From an uncultured Mageeibacillus sp. (lineage in GTDB: Bacteria > Bacillota > Clostridia > Saccharofermentanales > DTU023): DNA of 64,000 bases. The DNA lies in NCBI GenBank assembly GCA_964346175.1, contig CAYFTG010000002.1, positions 735-64,734 on the forward strand, given 5' to 3'. This document shows positions 59,223 through 64,000 of this stretch, piece by piece. The notes beneath the pieces were generated by a model. The model did no database searches and was not told where the DNA came from. It saw only the letters and a list, made by a program, of their open reading frames with translations. The position numbers and the translations under genes are program-made. How positions within the stretch are numbered: the stretch's first letter is position 1; each line of letters opens with the position of its first letter.

Positions 59223-60731
59223 CTAATTCTGATCAAATTCGGCTTTGACTTCTTCAATCAATTGCTCAATGCGTTCGCTCATCTCCTCAGAAATTTCACC
59301 ACTTTCTCTGATCTCTGCCTTCAAATCGGGGGCGTGAGCATCAACATGAGTGAGAAACTCCCTTTGGAAATTTCTAATCTGTCCCAATCTGACATCAGTA
59401 AGATGTCTGCGATTAAGAGCAAAGAGGATCAAAATTTGATCTTCTATCGATATGGGCGAGTACTGTGGCTGCTTCAGCACTTCCGTTATGCGGTCTCCGT
59501 GATCTAAGCGGTCGATTGTATCTTGAGTTAAGTCAGAACCGAATTGTGAGAAAGCCGCGACTTCCTTGTACTGAGCGTATTCAATTCTCAGAGGGCCGGC
59601 AATCTTTTTCATGGCCGCAATCTGAGCCGAGCCACCGACACGAGAGACCGATAGTCCAGGGTTGATCGCCGGACGGATACCACTGTTGAACAGATCGGTT
59701 TCCAGATAGATCTGTCCGTCGGTTATGGAGATGACGTTCGTCGGGATATAGGCAGAAATATCTCCTTCTTGGGTCTCCACGATGGGCAAAGCGGTTATAG
59801 TTCCGCCGCCGTAATCGTCGCTCAGGCTGGCGGCACGCTCCAATAAGCGGGAGTGCAGGTAGAAGACGTCTCCCGGATAGGCTTCGCGTCCCGGTGGACG
59901 TCCGAGAAGGAGACTAATGGCGCGATAAGAGACAGCATGCTTGGACAAATCGTCGTAAACAATCAATACATCCTTGCCCTGATACATCCACTCTTCAGCG
60001 ATGGCACAACCTGCATAAGGAGCGATATATTGCATTGGTGCGGATTCATTAGCAGTTGAGAGAACTACGGTGGTGTAATCCATAGCCCCGGAATCTTGTA
60101 GCACCTTAACAATGCGGGCAACTGTAGAAGCTTTTTGACCGATACCGACATAAACACAGTAAACATCCTTATCTTTTTGATTGAGGAATGTGTCGATGGC
60201 GATTGCAGTTTTACCCGTCTGACGATCACCGATAATAAGCTCTCTTTGCCCTTTGCCAATCGGCACTAGGGCGTCAATAGCCTTGATTCCGGTTTCAAGC
60301 GGACGGTTAACTTCTTGGCGCATAATAACGCTTGGAGCCGGACTCTCAATGTCACGGTATGTGTCAGTTTCAATCTCTCCGAGGCTATCTATCGGTTCTC
60401 CCAAGGCGTTTACAACTCGCCCCAACATGCAATCGCCCACCGGGACCGCCGTCATTCGGCCTGTCATGCGCACCGGGTCACCTTCTACTATCCCGGCATC
60501 CGACCCCATAATAACAACGCCGATGGTGTCTTCTTCCAGGTTCAAAGCCATGCCGATAGTGCCGTTGGCAAATTCAAGCAACTCGCCACTTTTGGCGTTT
60601 TGTAGGCCATATACCTGGGCGATGCCGTCACCGACCTGTATGACGGTACCGGCTTCAGCATAATCCAATTTGGTCGAAAACGACTCAATCTGTCGTTTAA
60701 TAACATTAATTGTCTCGTCAGGTTTTGGCAT
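59223..60731 (-). CDS. atpA: F1 ATP synthase subunit alpha
   Basis: 502 aa. Walker A GDRQTGKT. Confidence 0.98.
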   Translation of the reverse strand: MPKPDETINVIKRQIESFSTKLDYAEAGTVIQVGDGIAQVYGLQNAKSGELLEFANGTIGMALNLEEDTIGVVIMGSDAGIVEGDPVRMTGRMTAVPVGDCMLGRVVNALGEPIDSLGEIETDTYRDIESPAPSVIMRQEVNRPLETGIKAIDALVPIGKGQRELIIGDRQTGKTAIAIDTFLNQKDKDVYCVYVGIGQKASTVARIVKVLQDSGAMDYTTVVLSTANESAPMQYIAPYAGCAIAEEWMYQGKDVLIVYDDLSKHAVSYRAISLLLGRPPGREAYPGDVFYLHSRLLERAASLSDDYGGGTITALPIVETQEGDISAYIPTNVISITDGQIYLETDLFNSGIRPAINPGLSVSRVGGSAQIAAMKKIAGPLRIEYAQYKEVAAFSQFGSDLTQDTIDRLDHGDRITEVLKQPQYSPISIEDQILILFALNRRHLTDVRLGQIRNFQREFLTHVDAHAPDLKAEIRESGEISEEMSERIEQLIEEVKAEFDQN

Positions 60732-61264
60732 TAAAGATTCCCTCTCTTTAAACGTTTCTTCATTTCATTCAACTGAGTTCTGACAGTGCCGTCAAAGATA
60801 TGTCCCTCCACGAGAACATAAAATCCGGCAATAACTTCCGGGTCGATCTCACTGACTAAGCTGACCTCCAAATCAAGGTGTTGCGATAGCAAAACCTCGA
60901 GTGAAGAGATCTGTTCTACATCTAAGCCCCGGGCGGAGACAACCCTTGCTTTGATCCTGTCAAAATGTCTGTTAACTAATTCAATATAATCGGACAAAGC
61001 TGAAACGATAATATTTTCGCGTCTCTTCTGTAGCATAAGAAAGAGAAAATCCAAGAGCTGTGGAGCTATTTCCGGAAAGGCTTCCTGAAAAAATACTTCT
61101 TTCTGTCTCTTTTTAATTCCCGGATGATTCAGATAAGCCTGCACGTCGTCCTTGTCCAGCCTGTCCCTGACAAAGATGACCTGCTCCAGATCCCGCTCCA
61201 AAGAATCGTTTTCTTCAGAAACCCGGAAAAGAGCTCTTGCATAGCGCTCACTTACCTGCGCCAT
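60731..61264 (-). CDS. atpH: F1 ATP synthase subunit delta (OSCP)
   Basis: 177 aa. [10 protein letters not shown]-terminus, positioned between atpF and atpA. Confidence 0.9.
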   Translation of the reverse strand: MAQVSERYARALFRVSEENDSLERDLEQVIFVRDRLDKDDVQAYLNHPGIKKRQKEVFFQEAFPEIAPQLLDFLFLMLQKRRENIIVSALSDYIELVNRHFDRIKARVVSARGLDVEQISSLEVLLSQHLDLEVSLVSEIDPEVIAGFYVLVEGHIFDGTVRTQLNEMKKRLKRGNL

Positions 61265-61806
61265 TGTGATTCCTCCAACTGAGATCGTACCTGCTCGAAG
61301 AGTTCGTTCTGCTCCGTTTCGTCGATAGTGCCGATAAGATATTTCTCGGCCATCAACGTAGCCATCTCGATGATATAGGAACGTATTTCCATTTCATTAC
61401 GTTCTTTGTCCAATTCAATCGTGGCCAGAGCATTCTGCTTTATCCGCTGTGCTTCTGCGTTAGCCTCATGCAGAATCAGTTCCTCTCTCTCGCCGGCTCT
61501 GGCTCGGGCTTCAGCAAAGATCTGTTCTGCTTCCTGCTGGATATTGTCGATTTTAGCCTCATATTCGGCTATCAGCTCATTAGCACGAGCCATCTCGGTA
61601 TCTGCAGCGGCAATTTTTTCTTGAATTTTCTCCCTGCGCTTGGCCATAAAGTTCTTGACGGGCTTATATAAAAGCCGACCCAAGATCACAGCCAAAATAA
61701 TTCCATTTAAAAGTTGAATGGCAATCTGAATCAGAGTTTGTTGGTCCAGAGCAAACAATCTGCCCTCAGGGACCGTCTGAGCCATAATAGTAAAAATACT
61801 GTACAA
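61252..61806 (-). CDS. atpF: Fo ATP synthase subunit b
   Basis: One N-terminal TM helix followed by a long charged coiled coil. The start is probably TTG 61806, 7 nt after a GGAGG, rather than GTG 61824, which overlaps that RBS. Confidence 0.85.
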   Translation of the reverse strand: MYSIFTIMAQTVPEGRLFALDQQTLIQIAIQLLNGIILAVILGRLLYKPVKNFMAKRREKIQEKIAAADTEMARANELIAEYEAKIDNIQQEAEQIFAEARARAGEREELILHEANAEAQRIKQNALATIELDKERNEMEIRSYIIEMATLMAEKYLIGTIDETEQNELFEQVRSQLEESQWRR

Positions 61807-61859
61807 GCTACTACCTCCTTTCACTAACTGCCATCAATGTTTCTAATCTCCACCATTGC

Positions 61860-62141
61860 TTAGCTGACAAAATTGACGAATATATCAACCAAGGGGTTGG
61901 CAAAGAGCATGACAATTGAAATCAGAAGACCGTAGATACCGGATGTTTCAGCCATGGCCAAACCGACAAACATTGTTGTACGGATATCTCCTGTAGCTTC
62001 CGGTTGTCTGGCGATAGATTCAATCGCTTGCGAAACAATTTTCGCCTGTCCAAAAGTTGTAAGGAGACCGTTCAGAAGTGCGATCGCAGTTGCGATATGG
62101 GCCACACTGATAATTACTGATAATCCTTCTATTGCGTTCAT
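61860..62141 (-). CDS. atpE: Fo ATP synthase subunit c (candidate Na+-binding type)
   Basis: 93 aa hairpin proteolipid. It contains the loop ARQPE, a Gln in helix 1 (FGQ), and AETSGIY in helix 2. The start is at ATG 62141 (GGAGG 5 nt upstream). Confidence 0.92.
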   Translation of the reverse strand: MNAIEGLSVIISVAHIATAIALLNGLLTTFGQAKIVSQAIESIARQPEATGDIRTTMFVGLAMAETSGIYGLLISIVMLFANPLVDIFVNFVS

Positions 62142-62203
62142 ACATACCTCCATGTATTGTTATTGCTTAATTTATTTATTTTATAAAAATCATAGTAAAA
62201 AAC

Positions 62204-62881
62204 CTAATCGTCCGCCGCCATTTTCACATACATCAAACTCAATATTACGAAAATATATGTTTGGATGAAACCAAAAATTACATCAAATAAAGCGTGCAAT
62301 ACGGCAGGAATGCCAAACTGCACGAAGATCGGTGTCAAAGCGTAATAAAGAGTCAAGATTATAGTTCCCGATAGGACGTTTCCAAAAAGACGGAAACTGA
62401 GAGCGACGGGTTTCGCCAACTCTCCGATCAGGTTCATCGGGAAAAAGATAAATATGGGTTCAAATAGCGATTTAATATACGCAGCTTTGCGGTTTCTCAC
62501 GCCTGCATAAATCATGATGCAAAAGCTGGCAAGAGCCAAGGCAAAAGTTGTAGCCCAATCGGCCGTCGGAGCTCGCAAACCAAAGATACTGAAAAGACTG
62601 GAAGACAAGATGAGGACAAAAACCATGAAAAACCAAGGAGCATAATTGGCATGCTTTTTGCCGATTGAACTTACAACGAAGTTATCAAAGATTTCTACAG
62701 CCGCTTCAGTAACATTCTGGAAACCTGTGGGTATAGTCTGAAATTTTCGTAATTTAATGCGCACAAGAACAGCAACAGCTATCAGGATTGCCATGATGAT
62801 CCAAGTATTGACAATTGTCTCTGTAATCCAGATCTCAATACCTGCGATTTCTATGACACCATAATTACGAATATTAATCAC
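62204..62881 (-). CDS. atpB: Fo ATP synthase subunit a
   Basis: 225 aa polytopic protein. The conserved Arg lies in LSFRLFGNVLSG. Confidence 0.93.
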   Translation of the reverse strand: MINIRNYGVIEIAGIEIWITETIVNTWIIMAILIAVAVLVRIKLRKFQTIPTGFQNVTEAAVEIFDNFVVSSIGKKHANYAPWFFMVFVLILSSSLFSIFGLRAPTADWATTFALALASFCIMIYAGVRNRKAAYIKSLFEPIFIFFPMNLIGELAKPVALSFRLFGNVLSGTIILTLYYALTPIFVQFGIPAVLHALFDVIFGFIQTYIFVILSLMYVKMAADD

Positions 62882-62883
62882 GT

Positions 62884-63282
62884 TTAACTATCCTCTGTTC
62901 CTTGCACTTCAGGGTTCTTAACTGTTTTGTTCGCTATATAAATTGCGGGATGAAAGGCAATTATGCCTATAGCGGCTCCCCATAAATTAATCTGCGGCAC
63001 CAGGGCAGCGATAAGTAGTATAGCTACTGCCAGCCCCAGCCTGATAAAGGCTTGAGCATTGACATATCTGCCAACATCTTTTGCTTCCATCTTCAGCGCT
63101 CTTGTCACTGTGCGTTTAACTAGTAATACCCTAGCCACACTCCCCGCTGTGCCGATTAGAACACCTAGCGCAAAGGGCAGAAAGTCTAGCGAACGATAAA
63201 AAATCAAAGCTCCTACAATAGCCAAGATTGCGATAATCAAAATAATTATTATCATTTTTTTACTAATATCGGTTGATTCCAT
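62884..63282 (-). CDS. atpI: ATP synthase subunit I (AtpI-like small membrane protein)
   Basis: 132 aa with four hydrophobic helices, immediately upstream of atpB. Confidence 0.7.
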   Translation of the reverse strand: MESTDISKKMIIIILIIAILAIVGALIFYRSLDFLPFALGVLIGTAGSVARVLLVKRTVTRALKMEAKDVGRYVNAQAFIRLGLAVAILLIAALVPQINLWGAAIGIIAFHPAIYIANKTVKNPEVQGTEDS

Positions 63283-63328
63283 TATCCTATCCTAGCTAAA
63301 GCAAGCAAAATTGTCGATTTTAAATTTC

Positions 63329-63652
63329 CTATTTACTAAATCTTTTAGAAATTCTATAGATATAGTAAAGAGCTACTAATACTCCCAGAAGAGAAAACAA
63401 GAGCAACAGCCAAGGATCAGTTCCCAGCCGCCTGTCCAGAAATCTTCCAATCAGCACGCCCAAAAGCACTGAAACAGCAATGGTGAAGCCGATTTGGGTG
63501 AAGTAAGCGAGTGACGACCAGCCATTACTCTGTGAGCTCTCCGTTACCACTTTCTCTTCAATAGGAGGAGGTGCGAAAATCTCCAATTCCTCCAATATAA
63601 ATTCTTCAGGTTTGTCGTCAGATGAAGCACCTTTGATAGGCTCATGACTCAT
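63329..63652 (-). CDS. atpZ: AtpZ/AtpI-family small membrane protein (first gene of the atp operon)
   Basis: 107 aa. Acidic N-terminus followed by two TM helices (FTQIGFTIAVSVLLGVLIGRFLD...), as in AtpZ. Confidence 0.65.
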   Translation of the reverse strand: MSHEPIKGASSDDKPEEFILEELEIFAPPPIEEKVVTESSQSNGWSSLAYFTQIGFTIAVSVLLGVLIGRFLDRRLGTDPWLLLLFSLLGVLVALYYIYRISKRFSK

Positions 63653-63884
63653 AACATTCTCCTCTCTTAACCGAGAATTGTTCAGGTCTCCAGTCCTGCA
63701 AAAATTCTTCTTGACTCAGCAATTTACCGCGAAATCAGAATGGTTTTTCTCCTATATCTTACAGGATACCTTCCGATCAGCTGTGCCGTTCGCGATTGAG
63801 TTACCATTCTAACGTTATTTTTCTTGAAACTCTAGCAAAATTTTAGACTTTTTAAGTAAAAAGCTGAAACTGCTGAGCCTGCTT

Positions 63885-64000
63885 ATGGCCCGACATAAAA
63901 TTGACGAACAGCATAAGCAAGTGCCAATGCGATTTTCTGCTGACCTTCAGCAGAGCTGATTTCATTTCTATCTGTTTCGTTGCTGAGATAGCCCGGTACA
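63885..64000 (-). CDS. N-acetylmuramoyl-L-alanine amidase (Amidase_3 family), C-terminal fragment; the gene continues beyond the window
   Basis: My own translation of the minus strand gives VPGYLSNETDRNEISSAEGQQKIALALAYAVRQFYVGP-stop. This matches the conserved GFLSN...Q..A.ai..gi C-terminus of CwlD/AmiC-type amidases. It is not in the ORF track because it is truncated. Confidence 0.6.

Overview
This 64 kb window looks like core chromosome of an anaerobic, low-to-mid GC Firmicutes/Clostridia-like bacterium. The taxonomic call rests on gene content and order: an L21-Prp-L27 cluster, a CIRCE-controlled groESL, and the S6-SSB-S18, L9-DnaB and L31-DUF1385-PrmC-PrfA-Sua5 arrangements. I found no CRISPR array, transposase, integrase, phage or defence genes. 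Reading left to right, the window starts with a truncated FtsX-type permease, a flavodiiron protein, an HD hydrolase and a pseudouridine salvage pair (psuG, HTH-psuK). Next come an oppBCDFA peptide ABC transporter, a PPi-dependent phosphofructokinase, and a three-gene NuoE/NuoF/NuoG-GltD flavin-FeS oxidoreductase. This is followed by a CBS-domain family II pyrophosphatase, a BspA-type LRR surface protein and tRNA-Gln. Then comes a long minus-strand housekeeping block: BaiN-like flavoprotein, groESL, cvpA, obg, rpmA/prp/rplU, ftsH, hpt, tilS, dnaB, rplI, rpsR, ssb, rpsF, a sua5-LMW phosphatase fusion, prfA, prmC and rpmE. murC and an acyl-CoA ligase sit on the plus strand within that block. After it lies a proline catabolic locus (pruA plus a four-gene HcnABC/archaeal-PDH-like flavo-FeS dehydrogenase). 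Then comes a membrane pyrophosphatase operon that continues into a duplicated DUF1538 membrane protein and a protein with three tandem PII-like domains. The window ends with a complete F1Fo ATP synthase operon and the 3' end of an amidase gene. The most unusual items are: (a) the hppA / DUF1538 / triple-PII operon with its structured leader; (b) sodium-type signatures in both the ATP synthase c subunit and the pyrophosphatase; (c) the NuoG-GltD fusion complex, which resembles a Sporomusa-type Nfn or Bfu-family bifurcating enzyme; (d) the multi-subunit proline dehydrogenase locus; (e) a 36-nt palindromic intergenic repeat present twice. All functional calls come from reading motifs in the supplied translations. 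No database search was possible.
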